From a virus (Duplodnaviria; Caudoviricetes): a stretch of DNA of 49,804 nucleotides. A program made the translations under genes and the position numbers. Positions within the stretch are counted from its first letter, which is position 1. Each line of letters starts with the position of its first letter. The stretch covers positions 1-49,804 of the IMG/VR virus record IMGVR_UViG_3300023107_000003. One strand, 5' to 3'. Under the pieces are notes generated by a model. That model was not told where the DNA came from. It searched no databases and saw only the letters and a program-made list of their open reading frames with translations. This document shows, in pieces, positions 8,568 to 17,494 of the stretch.

Positions 8568-9428
8568 TTAGCGGGCGGCGACCTTTTCCAGAACATCCTG
8601 GGGCAGCGTCACCCGGATGCGCGTAGCCGGGTAGGCGTGGGGCAGCGGCTCCGGCGTGCGCAGGCCCTGCATGAGCTGCTCGGCCAAGGCGTCCAGGTAG
8701 GCCGGCCGCTTTTCCTCGGGCATGCGGGAAAGTGCGTATTCGGCCAACCGGCGCAGGTTGCCGCGGCCTTGCTCCGGCGGCTTGCAGTACACGACCTGGG
8801 GATAGGGCGTTTTGGGGTCAATCCGCTCCCAGGGCTGGTACTCGCTGATCATGGCCATAATGGCGCGGGTCAGGTTGCGCGCGCCAACACAGCCATGCTT
8901 TTGCTCGGTGAACACTTCCACAATCTTCAGGGCGTGTGCACGCTGCAGCAGCTCCTTGCTCGCGGGCGAGTGCAGGAACTCCAGCAGGTATTTACCCACG
9001 CCGGCAGTAGCCGGGCAGCTACTGCCGGCCGGCCCGTAGTTGTCGGCCGAGAGCATCCAGGTCAGCAGGCGGTCGGCGCCGGCCAGATACCATCCGTCGT
9101 CTTCGTAGGCATTGCCGCAAGCCTTGGTATAGGTGCGGGACATGATTTCCGAGAGCTCGGTAAATAGCGTCAGCGGCTGCGCAACGCGCGGTACCAGGAA
9201 GCCGGCCAGCTCACCGAGCATGCCGGGCAGATGTACGAAGTCGAGCGAGTAGTGCTTCGTTTCGTTGATGTCCGTGCCGTCAAGCGGCAGGAAGGGCACC
9301 AAAGAGGCTGGGGCGGCCTCAAAGGCGTGCACCGTGCGGCCGGGGAGCTCCACATCGGTGTTGATGGTCAGTACGGCGCGGGCCTTACCGGGGCCGAGCC
9401 TGAAGGCGGCAATGAAATGTTTACTCAT
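8568..9428 (-). CDS. Hypothetical protein, 286 aa
   Basis: First gene after promoter copy 2. Confidence 0.7.
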   Translation of the reverse strand: MSKHFIAAFRLGPGKARAVLTINTDVELPGRTVHAFEAAPASLVPFLPLDGTDINETKHYSLDFVHLPGMLGELAGFLVPRVAQPLTLFTELSEIMSRTYTKACGNAYEDDGWYLAGADRLLTWMLSADNYGPAGSSCPATAGVGKYLLEFLHSPASKELLQRAHALKIVEVFTEQKHGCVGARNLTRAIMAMISEYQPWERIDPKTPYPQVVYCKPPEQGRGNLRRLAEYALSRMPEEKRPAYLDALAEQLMQGLRTPEPLPHAYPATRIRVTLPQDVLEKVAAR

Positions 9429-9468
9429 CTCGTTGGGGTTGGTTAAAAGTGGCTGGGTATGCTGAAGG

Positions 9469-9522
9469 CAAATATACGACCTCTAAGTAATTATATAGCT
9501 AATCGGGCAATTAATTATTTCG
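9469..9522 (-). promoter_or_regulatory. Promoter/operator copy 2
   Basis: TATATTTG at 9476-9469 plus the same 21-bp core as 703-723. Confidence 0.7.
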
Positions 9523-9526
9523 CCAC

Positions 9527-9561
9527 AAAAAAAGCCCCTGCGGACTCCGTAGGGGCTTTTT
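9527..9561. terminator. Bidirectional intrinsic terminator
   Basis: aaaaaaagcccctgcgga-c-tccgtaggggcttttt. Confidence 0.85.
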
Positions 9562-9577
9562 GTTTCGTCTTGTTTCG

Positions 9578-10051
9578 TCAGGGCCTCACCGGCTCCCAGT
9601 CCGGATCATCGCCCGGAATCGGGGGCACGGGGTGGTAGTAAGTCAGCTCCAGCGTACCCCGGTCCAGGTTCAGGGTGAAGGCCGTGGCAAATACTTCGGC
9701 TTCGAGCCCGGGCAGCTGGCCGGTCAGGTCGACGATTTCCAAGAAGTAGATGCCGCGGCTTTCGAGCATCTCCTCCATCATATCCTCGGTCTGGCGCGAG
9801 CGCCGGAATTTGATCACCAGCGAGCGCATGCCGCTGGGCACCCGCCGGCTCCGGCGCCAGTCGACCAGGTGGCGCTGCCAGACGATCTCGGGCTCTTCGC
9901 GCCAGCTGGCCACCTGCAGCCCGCGCCGGCGCTCCGGCGGCTGGGTGAAGTACGCCATCACGTGCGGCCGGGGCTTGGGCTTGGGCTTGGGAGCCAGCAG
10001 GCCCAGGCGCGTGATCTGAAGCACGCGCCCCACGTCGTCGAGTACTTCCAT
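9578..10051 (-). CDS. Hypothetical protein
   Basis: ATG at 10051 immediately after the HD-gene stop. Confidence 0.55.
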   Translation of the reverse strand: MEVLDDVGRVLQITRLGLLAPKPKPKPRPHVMAYFTQPPERRRGLQVASWREEPEIVWQRHLVDWRRSRRVPSGMRSLVIKFRRSRQTEDMMEEMLESRGIYFLEIVDLTGQLPGLEAEVFATAFTLNLDRGTLELTYYHPVPPIPGDDPDWEPVRP

Positions 10052-10052
10052 C

Positions 10053-11123
10053 TCAGCGCTCAACAAGCTCCTCCTCCCGACGCTTCTTGGCGCGCCTGGC
10101 TAGGCGCGCTACGTCGGAGCCGTCCGGGGCCAGTTCCACCAGCCGCGCCAGGAAACGGCCTTTGGCGTAGTCGCAGGGCATGGCATAGTCGACTACCTCG
10201 TGGATATAATCCAGCTCCTTGGGGTCGTAATCACTGGGCACCACCAGAGAATTTCCCTTGATGCGCAGCGGTTCACACCAGGCCTCGGCCGCCCCGCCCC
10301 GCAGCCAGTGGGTCACCTCGTGGCGCAGGGCCAGCTCGTCGGCTTCCTTGATAGCCTTCTGGGCCAGGGGGCCTGGCAGCTGCAGGCCCAGGCGGGTATA
10401 GATGTCCTGCTGGGTTTTGCGCTTCAGCCGGGGCCAATGCTCACGGAAGCCTTCGGGACCCAGGGTTTCCACCGTGCCCCAGCCCGCGGGACCGGAGAGC
10501 GTCCACTGCAGCGGCGTCACCAGGTCGCCCAGGTAGGCCTCGTGCGCGTCGTCGAGCAGCGCGTGCAGCGCATGCTCCGGCGCTACCAGGTAGCTCACCA
10601 GCACCGAGTGCTGGGCTACCGAGTAAAACTGCCGGGTGGCGCCGTTGAAGCGGCACTGCATGGCCAGGCCGTGGGCAATGTCGAGCACGTGCACGCGCTC
10701 GGGGTTGGGCTCCTCGATGTCGAAGAGCACGCCCGAGTAGGTCTGCACGCTGTTGCCGCGGCGCGGCGCCGGTGGGTCCACGGGGACCGGGTCTTTCGGA
10801 CGGGTAGGAAAGGAGGCCCGGGCGTTCTGAATTCTCCTCTTTTGCTGCTGCAGCACTTCGCCCAGGTGCTGAATGCCAATCTGCAGCAGCATGTGCTTGG
10901 TCGGCAGGCCAGGCCGACCGGGAACGTCCGCGCAGAGCTTTAGGGCAGCTACGGCCTGATGCTCGTTGATGGGGTAGGGGGTACTGCGCCAGTTATCCCG
11001 GATCTCCTCCAGCTCGATGATCAGCTGCCGGTGAGCTGCCTCGATACCGTCGCCATGCAGAGCGCTGGCCCGGCTGGTTTTGAGAAGCTCTACCAGGTGT
11101 ACAAATGCTTCGTTCGGGCTCAT
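10053..11123 (-). CDS. YfdR/YfbR-like HD-superfamily nucleotide phosphohydrolase with extra N-terminal domain; HD motif reads DD
   Basis: QTYSG...DIAHGLAMQCRFNG...FYSVAQHSVLVS...LLDDAHEAYLGD; start MSPNEAF at 11123. Confidence 0.85.
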   Translation of the reverse strand: MSPNEAFVHLVELLKTSRASALHGDGIEAAHRQLIIELEEIRDNWRSTPYPINEHQAVAALKLCADVPGRPGLPTKHMLLQIGIQHLGEVLQQQKRRIQNARASFPTRPKDPVPVDPPAPRRGNSVQTYSGVLFDIEEPNPERVHVLDIAHGLAMQCRFNGATRQFYSVAQHSVLVSYLVAPEHALHALLDDAHEAYLGDLVTPLQWTLSGPAGWGTVETLGPEGFREHWPRLKRKTQQDIYTRLGLQLPGPLAQKAIKEADELALRHEVTHWLRGGAAEAWCEPLRIKGNSLVVPSDYDPKELDYIHEVVDYAMPCDYAKGRFLARLVELAPDGSDVARLARRAKKRREEELVER

Positions 11124-11527
11124 AGGGCAGCAGCGGTGAATTGTTCGTCGAGGATCTTGAAATAGGGCACGCCGCCGGGCATGCGGTACCAGACTTCGCG
11201 CGGGGCCAGGTACTCCACCTGCTTGGTGGCCACGCCCAGCGTGAGCAGCTGCTCGCAGTTGCGGTGCTCGCCCCAGTGCACGCCGTCGGCGCGCTCGCAC
11301 ATGAGCAGAAACGAGCCGCCACGGGTGATGTGGCTGGCCCGGAACAGCTCGGGCAGCTCCAGCAGCAGCTGCTGAATGTCGACCTGGTGCTGGGCCAGGC
11401 GCTCGGTATCAAAAACGGGGTTGTACAGAATGCCCTCAGCCAGCACGGTGGGCCGGGTGTCGAGCTCTGCTTTCGTGGCCAGGCAGTACTGGAAAATGTA
11501 TTCTACTTTCTTGGAAGTGAGTTTCAT
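11120..11527 (-). CDS. Conserved phage hypothetical protein (GGSFL...EQLL.LG...PGG.PY family)
   Basis: Recurrent phage motif set; 4-nt overlap with the downstream gene. Confidence 0.75.
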   Translation of the reverse strand: MKLTSKKVEYIFQYCLATKAELDTRPTVLAEGILYNPVFDTERLAQHQVDIQQLLLELPELFRASHITRGGSFLLMCERADGVHWGEHRNCEQLLTLGVATKQVEYLAPREVWYRMPGGVPYFKILDEQFTAAAL

Positions 11528-11570
11528 GGCGATGGTGGGGCTAGGAAAAGCTAGAAAAGGCCAGGGAATA

Positions 11571-11610
11571 GGTGGCCACTGGGCGACATCGATGTCGCCC
11601 AGTGGCCACC
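11571..11610. repeat. Perfect 40-bp palindrome with no spacer
   Basis: ggtggccactgggcgacatc|gatgtcgcccagtggccacc. Confidence 0.95.
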
Positions 11611-11627
11611 CCAGCTACCAGGTCGCG

Positions 11628-13127
11628 TTAGGCGGCGGCCGCCGGGCGGCGGTTGGCGGATTTCTTGCGCTCCAGCGTGAGGGTTTGCTCGCTGGTGGTG
11701 CCGGGGTCAGTGCCCACGAGGACCACTTTGCGCAGAATCTTGTACCCCTCTGCCTGCACCCGAATGGTGACCGCTTCATCGCCCGGAACCCAGAACCAGG
11801 CATCTGCTTTGTACTCGATTTGCTGGTGCACGCCCCGTTTGGTGGTCACTTCGATGGTGGCCACCGGTGTAGCCTCACCAGGCTGCGGATCGGCAAAGTC
11901 CAGGTGCACGCGCAGGTTGTAGCGGGTGCCCGTAGCGGACGGGATGTGCTCAATCTGGCGGCCGTCGCCGGCGCGCACGGGCCCCACCGTCGGCACCAGG
12001 TCGTAGCTCAGCACCTGGTCGCCGTGCATGCGGGCCCGAACGCTCATGTCCGTGCCAGTGGCCAGGTCCATGCCGATGCTCAGCGCTGGGCCCGGACTGT
12101 TCGTCCGCTGCGAGTGCTCCCAGACCCGGATAAACTCATCCATTTTCGCCTGGGGGATAGCCAGCTCCTGGGGCTTGATCAGGTAGTCCAGGGGTTGCTT
12201 GCTGGCACTCCCGCGGACCACCGTTTGGGCGTGGCCACCTTCGCGGGCCAGGGCCTGCTCAGCCCGGGGCAGCATCATGGGCATGTAACCCGGGTCGAGG
12301 CTGTAGGTCAGGCGCAGCACGTCGCGCGCGGCGGCCAGCTGCTCACCCTCCAGCTGCGAGCGGTGCTCCGGGGCAATGTCGGGCAGCAGCTCGCCGGCCT
12401 GCAGGGGCGTGTCGCTGGGCTGCAGGCTCATCAGGACCGTGCCGGCGCTGAGCCGGGCCACGTCCGGGGCCTGCTTCTCCTCATCCGTGAGCTCGGAGCC
12501 GGGCAGCCAGCCCTGGTGGGCAGGATTATAGTGGTCCTCGCCGAGAATGTCAATGCTGGCCACGCGGTAGAAGCTCTGGTTTGGCCCCCAGAGTTGGGCT
12601 GGCTGGTCGAGAGCGGCCTCGGGCTGAGCCATCATCCCATGCAACACCTCGCGCCACGTGGTCACGCGGTCGGGGCGGGGCACGCCGCCGTAGCGCACCG
12701 TCAGCATCTTGGCGGCTCGCTCGGCGCCGTCGGTCAGCCAGTCCTCGGCGATGCTCTGGTCGTGCAGCTGGGTGAGGTTAAAGCCGGCCTGCACCAGCAG
12801 CAGGGACATGCGGGTGATGGCGTCCGTGTCCGGACCGCCGAAGCGCTGCATCATGCGCTCCATGAGCTTGGTGGCGCGGCCGCGTAAGTCGTTTACCGAC
12901 TGTTTGATTTCGCGGTCCACGCTCAGGCGGTGCTCGCCTTTGGGGTCGCCTAAGTCGTCGAGCAGCTTTTCGGCGCCGTCGAGGCAGGCCACCAGCAGCT
13001 CCACGGTGGCGTGGGTGCGCAGGCTGAGCTCTTGCTTGCCTGGGCGTTTGATTCGTTCGTCGATTACCTGGTAATGGGCTTGCACCAGGCGGGGGCGATC
13101 ATCTAGGGGAAGTCGATGCGCGGGCAT
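11628..13127 (-). CDS. Hypothetical mosaic protein, 499 aa, with C-terminal PEGA/carboxypeptidase-regulatory-like beta domain
   Basis: C-terminal VTIRVQAEGYK...V.V...TLTLERK pattern; remainder unrecognised. Confidence 0.6.
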   Translation of the reverse strand: MPAHRLPLDDRPRLVQAHYQVIDERIKRPGKQELSLRTHATVELLVACLDGAEKLLDDLGDPKGEHRLSVDREIKQSVNDLRGRATKLMERMMQRFGGPDTDAITRMSLLLVQAGFNLTQLHDQSIAEDWLTDGAERAAKMLTVRYGGVPRPDRVTTWREVLHGMMAQPEAALDQPAQLWGPNQSFYRVASIDILGEDHYNPAHQGWLPGSELTDEEKQAPDVARLSAGTVLMSLQPSDTPLQAGELLPDIAPEHRSQLEGEQLAAARDVLRLTYSLDPGYMPMMLPRAEQALAREGGHAQTVVRGSASKQPLDYLIKPQELAIPQAKMDEFIRVWEHSQRTNSPGPALSIGMDLATGTDMSVRARMHGDQVLSYDLVPTVGPVRAGDGRQIEHIPSATGTRYNLRVHLDFADPQPGEATPVATIEVTTKRGVHQQIEYKADAWFWVPGDEAVTIRVQAEGYKILRKVVLVGTDPGTTSEQTLTLERKKSANRRPAAAA

Positions 13128-13201
13128 AAGGGGGAAAAGTTGGCTGGGTTGAAAAAAAAGGAAAACGGTTAGGTATGCTGGCAGTCAGGGGCCCCGCGGG
13201 G

Positions 13202-14242
13202 TTACAGAGCCTCTGGCTGATCTTGTTTTAGGTCACTGGGGCGCACGTTCGTGCGGCGGTCCATCGCGTCCACGTCGAACTCGATGATGTTGAACATCTC
13301 GGCCATGCGGCTGTACACGCGGGCATCGTAGCGCGCCCGGATCTGGTCCGTGGTGATGTTCATGGTAAAGTGCAGCTGGTGAAAGGGGGTGCCCGTGTGA
13401 TAGCGCTGCTCGATGATGTGCTCCACGAAGCCGAAGGGCATGCCGTATTCGTGCAGGCCCAGGTTTTCACGCCCCAGGTCATCGATCAGGTACGGCCGTT
13501 TGCAGTACTTACTCAGGGCCTTTTTAGCGCCGGTTTTCTTTGCTACCGCCTCCAAAAGCTCCAGCTCTATCTGCTGGTAGCTGGCGAAGTTGAAGCTCAT
13601 GCCGGCGGCCGGGTTAGCCTGCTCGAACACGCGCATCAGAGTGGATTTGCCGGCGCCGATGTTGCCGGCGACGATAACGCCTTTTTTCAGGCTGAGCCGG
13701 TTAAGCGGATTGTTCGGGTTCTTACGGTAGCCGGGGCTGAGCTGCAGGCAGCCCTCCTCCGTTTCGAAGCGTTCGTCCCGGGCAAAGTATAGGCACAGGG
13801 CATAGTAGAGCGGCCGCACCTGCTCATCGATCTGAAAGACGCCCGGGCCGCGCAAACCGAGAATCGGGTCCCGCAGGTGGGCCTCCTGCTTCACCTTAAC
13901 CCAGATCTGGTTTGCGTCCAGCGGTTGCGGTGGCAGAGCCGCTAGGCGTCTTTTTTCCGCTGCACGTTTTTCATTCAGCTCCACGCGCAGCTTTTCGCGC
14001 TCGTCGAAGAGGGCCTTGGCAATAGCCCGCTCGGTAATGAGCTTCTCGTAGGCTGGGGAGAGGACGATTTCCGAGTTGAGCGCAATCAGGGCCAGAGGCC
14101 CGCGCGTTTGCGCCTCGGGGGTCAGCTCGAAGCGAGAGTCCGCCTCACCATCCGCCGGCCGAACCACCGTCATTGGGCTTACTGAGTTCGCGCTGCTGTT
14201 GGGCTTTGGCAGATGCTGGGCGATTTGTGAAAGAGGTGCCAT
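13202..14242 (-). CDS. P-loop ATPase, DnaC/IstB-like helicase loader
   Basis: Walker A GNIGAGKST, Walker B YLIDDLGRE, IIEQRY, YDARVYSRMAEMFNII; follows the initiator gene; likely start 14242. Confidence 0.8.
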   Translation of the reverse strand: MAPLSQIAQHLPKPNSSANSVSPMTVVRPADGEADSRFELTPEAQTRGPLALIALNSEIVLSPAYEKLITERAIAKALFDEREKLRVELNEKRAAEKRRLAALPPQPLDANQIWVKVKQEAHLRDPILGLRGPGVFQIDEQVRPLYYALCLYFARDERFETEEGCLQLSPGYRKNPNNPLNRLSLKKGVIVAGNIGAGKSTLMRVFEQANPAAGMSFNFASYQQIELELLEAVAKKTGAKKALSKYCKRPYLIDDLGRENLGLHEYGMPFGFVEHIIEQRYHTGTPFHQLHFTMNITTDQIRARYDARVYSRMAEMFNIIEFDVDAMDRRTNVRPSDLKQDQPEAL

Positions 14243-15434
14243 GTGGGGTGGGTTTGGGGCCTGGCTTGTTGGCTTTGTAGTTGGCGAGCGTGCGGCTCCA
14301 CACCTGACGGTTCCAGCTTCCATACTGGGGATCGGAGCCGGCGTTGATGTAGTTCTTGTAGTAGCCTGGGAATTCGCCGGAAAGGGTCTTGTACTCCTGG
14401 AAGGCGTTAAACTGCTGGGTTAGCAACTCCAGCTTGCCTTCTGTTTCGCGGTCGATACAGAACGAGAGGATATCCCGCCACGGCATGGGTTGGCCGGCCT
14501 CGGTCACGTCGAAGAACTCGGCGATGCGCGCGCCCAGCAGCTTGGCCGGCGAGTTGGCCGGCTGGGGCTGGATCATTTCGGGCGCTCCTGGTTGGAAGGC
14601 CGGGGGAAGGGGGGAGGGGGTAGGGGGAGCGGGGCTGGGGGCCTGGCGGCAGAACGTCAATACCGAAGGCTCTATTTTTTTTTGCGCCGCAGGCCCAAAA
14701 GAAAAATCGTCTACGTCTTTCTCTTGAGGTACTAGAACGTCTTTGTCTTTACCTATAAGGAGATGACCGGAAAAATTCCGGTCATCTTGGGGGGTATCTT
14801 CAAGGGGCAGTATTTGAAGGCCGGAGAAATTCCGGTCATCCTGGGGGGTATCTGCTGAGCCATGACCGGAGAAATTCCGGTCATCTGCTACGCCACCCTC
14901 AAAATCATGACCGGAGAATTTCCGGTCATCAATCGGAATGATTGGAGCGTCGGGTTTTTTCAGGCCGGAAACCGTTCGGGTCATCTCCACCTCCTTGGCC
15001 GGCCCGTAGTTCAGATACCACAGTGCGTTTACTCGTCGGTTGCCGGCAACGTAGCGCATCAGGCCGCGCTTCTCCAGGCCGTAAATAGCGCGGGCAATGG
15101 TCTTCTCGTCCATGCCTACTTCCTGCTTGACTACTGTCAGGGCTCTGGGAATGCTCTCAGGCCAGTGTTTCTTATTAAACACGTTGAGCCACCAGTTAAA
15201 GAGCGCTTGCTCGGCAGTAGTGAAGGAGCGGGCTTCGTGGAGGGTGTAGAACTGCTCGTGCAGTTGGAAAAAACTCATCTTCCCAGGGGCAGGATCCTTC
15301 CGGGCTGCCATCAAGGGGGCGTCGTGGGCCTTGGCCTTGCTGGTGGGACGGGAAGGAGGGGTCGTAGCGATGAGAGGCGCAGCTGGGGGGGCTGCCTCGG
15401 CTGGGTTGGCCGGCGCAATGTGGGGAGCGTTCAT
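14145..15434 (-). CDS. Phage replication initiator (lambda O-like architecture)
   Basis: N-terminal wHTH (EVGMDEKTIARAIYGLEKRGLMRY), central iteron-encoded DDRxFSG repeats, upstream of the loader ATPase. Confidence 0.8.
   Translation of the reverse strand: MNAPHIAPANPAEAAPPAAPLIATTPPSRPTSKAKAHDAPLMAARKDPAPGKMSFFQLHEQFYTLHEARSFTTAEQALFNWWLNVFNKKHWPESIPRALTVVKQEVGMDEKTIARAIYGLEKRGLMRYVAGNRRVNALWYLNYGPAKEVEMTRTVSGLKKPDAPIIPIDDRKFSGHDFEGGVADDRNFSGHGSADTPQDDRNFSGLQILPLEDTPQDDRNFSGHLLIGKDKDVLVPQEKDVDDFSFGPAAQKKIEPSVLTFCRQAPSPAPPTPSPLPPAFQPGAPEMIQPQPANSPAKLLGARIAEFFDVTEAGQPMPWRDILSFCIDRETEGKLELLTQQFNAFQEYKTLSGEFPGYYKNYINAGSDPQYGSWNRQVWSRTLANYKANKPGPKPTPHGTSFTNRPASAKAQQQRELSKPNDGGSAGGW
14762..14930. 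repeat. Four palindromic iterons (ATGACCGGA-N-TCCGGTCATC); putative replication origin
   Basis: Copies at 14762, 14819, 14861 and 14906, with a degenerate fifth near 14963; adjacent AT-rich stretch at ~14670-14760. Confidence 0.8.
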
Positions 15435-15440
15435 TTTCGC

Positions 15441-15701
15441 TTATCTTTGAACCGTCTGGTTGGTAGCAGGAGGTCTGACCTGCACCAAGTCGGTATGCTT
15501 GGAAGCCTCGTTATGTGCGCGCATAACGGGGCTTTCTTTTGGGGCCTGGCTGGGCATAGAAAATCCGGCAACCTCATTTGGGACGAGTTGCGGGGCTTTC
15601 GCAAGCATCAGGCGCCGGGGTGTGCCTGGTACTTGCTTTCGCTGCAGTGGGGAGCAGCAGCGAGGAATATGGGTGGGGAGGTTCTGGCTGGGTTGTCGCA
15701 T
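15441..15701 (-). CDS. Hypothetical protein, 86 aa
   Basis: Fits tightly between neighbours; no motif recognised. Confidence 0.35.
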   Translation of the reverse strand: MRQPSQNLPTHIPRCCSPLQRKQVPGTPRRLMLAKAPQLVPNEVAGFSMPSQAPKESPVMRAHNEASKHTDLVQVRPPATNQTVQR

Positions 15702-15709
15702 CGGCTACG

Positions 15710-15988
15710 CTATGCCGCTGCGGAGGCTGGGACGGCCGGGTGTTCTATTCCGACTGCTTTCTCCCAGGCTTCAGTGAGTTCCTGGTCAGCCGTTCGGCCG
15801 CTCCAGACGTTTCTGATGTACGATCCGCCTTTGATGGTGTCCAGGCCGGGCCTGACTTCCAGGGCTACGTCGATGTACTTGTTTTTGAGCTTACCGGTGA
15901 GCTTTACGTGCCCAGTACGGATGTGGAGCTCAGTGGCGGAAGGTTTATAAACCTCACCACTATCAGGAAAAAGAGGGGTGCCTGCCAT
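15710..15988 (-). CDS. Small putative Cro-like DNA-binding protein
   Basis: First gene of the replication operon; SYIRNVWSGRTADQELTEAWEKAV resembles an HTH recognition helix; start MAGTP at 15988. Confidence 0.45.
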   Translation of the reverse strand: MAGTPLFPDSGEVYKPSATELHIRTGHVKLTGKLKNKYIDVALEVRPGLDTIKGGSYIRNVWSGRTADQELTEAWEKAVGIEHPAVPASAAA

Positions 15989-16007
15989 TGTCTGGTTGGT
16001 TTGTATT

Positions 16008-16060
16008 AATACAAATACAAGACAAAGAAACGAGCTTTGCAAATTGATGTTGCCAAATTG
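16008..16060 (-). promoter_or_regulatory. Putative early/replication promoter
   Basis: AT-rich; minus strand TTTG-N20-TGTATTTG, one mismatch to TAnnTTTG. Confidence 0.4.
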
Positions 16061-16086
16061 TTCCCGACTCGAAAAATAAAGTGCGG

Positions 16087-17190
16087 CTAGGCCAGGCCCA
16101 GCCGCCTCAAGGCCTGCGCCCGGGCCTGCTGCACGTCGTTGGCCTGCTCGGCCGAGAGCGTGGTGGGGGCGGCCAGCTGCTGGGGCTGGCCTTGGCCAGT
16201 CTGCTGCTGCTGGCGGTGCAGCTGCTCGATCTGGTTGTAATCGTAGCCGCGCTCGGAGGGGAACACAAAGTCATCACTCGGCCCGTTGGCGGACTGCTGG
16301 CCACTGACCCAGCCGTTGAAGCGGTTGTAGTAGGATTGCTGCAGGCGCGTGAGCAGCCAGGTGGGATCCAGGCCCCGGGCCGCGGCCACCTTGGCCAGGA
16401 TCAGCGCCTGCATGGGTAGCTGCTTCACCAGGTCCGCCTGCAGGCGCTGCTCGACGGTCACGGTGATGTTGGCCTCGATGTCGATTTTGCCGTGCACGTT
16501 GAGCACGTCGCCTTCCACTTCCTTGCGGATTAGCTCCATGATGCGCAGGCAGGCGTCGCGGTCGGGCACGCGCTTGGTCTGGTCGTAGAGCTGCTTGGCC
16601 TGCAGGTAGTGATCGTGCAGCTCCTGCAGGCGCACGCGCTTGTGCACGAAGGGCAGGTCGGTGATGTCCTGGCGGGCGGCAAACTGTCCCTGCTTAATGC
16701 TCTCGATGTTGCGGGCCTGCCACTTGCGCAGCACCTCGTAGCTCACGTCGAGCTCCAGATCCACGATGCACCGACGGTGCACCTCGCGCACGTCGTAGTG
16801 GCGGGCAAACCATTCGAGCAGCTGCCCCCGGTGTGTATCGAGCACGTGCTGCACCTTGCCGTCGGCGCCAACCACTTTGTTGAGCTGGCGCTTGATGTGG
16901 CCAGCCTGACCCTGCAGGCGCTTGTAGGTGGCCAGCTGCTCGCGGATGCGCAGCTGCTCGTCCTGGCCGTAGCCGGCCAGCTGTCCCTGGTTCTTTTTCT
17001 GGTTGATTACCGGCATGCTCACCTCGCGCCCCTGGCTGTCGACGTAGATGCTGGCCAGGCTGATCTGCTCCTGCAGGCGGCTCAGGCTCTGCTCCAGCGT
17101 ACCGGGCGCGACCAGGCCCGCCGCTTTCTTGGCGGCGGGCTTGCGCTTGGCGGGACGCTTAGTAGCGGTTTTGGGCGGGGTGGGCATCAT
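16087..17190 (-). CDS. Putative terminase small subunit-like (DUF2280-like) protein
   Basis: HTH-like segment then DITDLPFVHKRVRLQEL...LRIMELIRKEVEG, reminiscent of DUF2280/TerS; start 17190. Confidence 0.45.
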   Translation of the reverse strand: MMPTPPKTATKRPAKRKPAAKKAAGLVAPGTLEQSLSRLQEQISLASIYVDSQGREVSMPVINQKKNQGQLAGYGQDEQLRIREQLATYKRLQGQAGHIKRQLNKVVGADGKVQHVLDTHRGQLLEWFARHYDVREVHRRCIVDLELDVSYEVLRKWQARNIESIKQGQFAARQDITDLPFVHKRVRLQELHDHYLQAKQLYDQTKRVPDRDACLRIMELIRKEVEGDVLNVHGKIDIEANITVTVEQRLQADLVKQLPMQALILAKVAAARGLDPTWLLTRLQQSYYNRFNGWVSGQQSANGPSDDFVFPSERGYDYNQIEQLHRQQQQTGQGQPQQLAAPTTLSAEQANDVQQARAQALRRLGLA

Positions 17191-17494
17191 AGAGAGTCCA
17201 GCGGTGATCAGGAGAGTACTGCCGGCGCTTGAGCGGAATGGCCGCAATGCGCTGCTCTACTTCAGTCATGGCGGAGGGGCCGCCTACCCGGGCACGCTCG
17301 ACCAGCGCGTGCAGGTTCTGGCCGAGCAGCTTGCCGGTAATCTGCAGCGTGTTCATCTGCGGGGACGGGGGCGCCCAGTTGCTCACGGCCAGGTACTCCG
17401 TGCCGGTGCTTTGCTCGATGGCCAGTACGGATAGGCCCAGCTCGTTGAGCTTGTCGACCAGCTCCAGCTGCCAGGTGATGGTGGTAGTGCTCAT
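17159..17494 (-). CDS. Hypothetical protein
   Basis: 4-nt overlap with the upstream gene. Confidence 0.6.
   Translation of the reverse strand: MSTTTITWQLELVDKLNELGLSVLAIEQSTGTEYLAVSNWAPPSPQMNTLQITGKLLGQNLHALVERARVGGPSAMTEVEQRIAAIPLKRRQYSPDHRWTLYDAHPAQNRY

Noticed and set aside
11628-13127. Protelomerase next to the palindrome
   Set aside because: No tyrosine-recombinase catalytic motif pattern could be recognised
14762-14930. Mini-CRISPR (palindromic repeats with spacers)
   Set aside because: The repeats are in frame within the initiator gene with irregular spacing and no cas genes; iterons fit better
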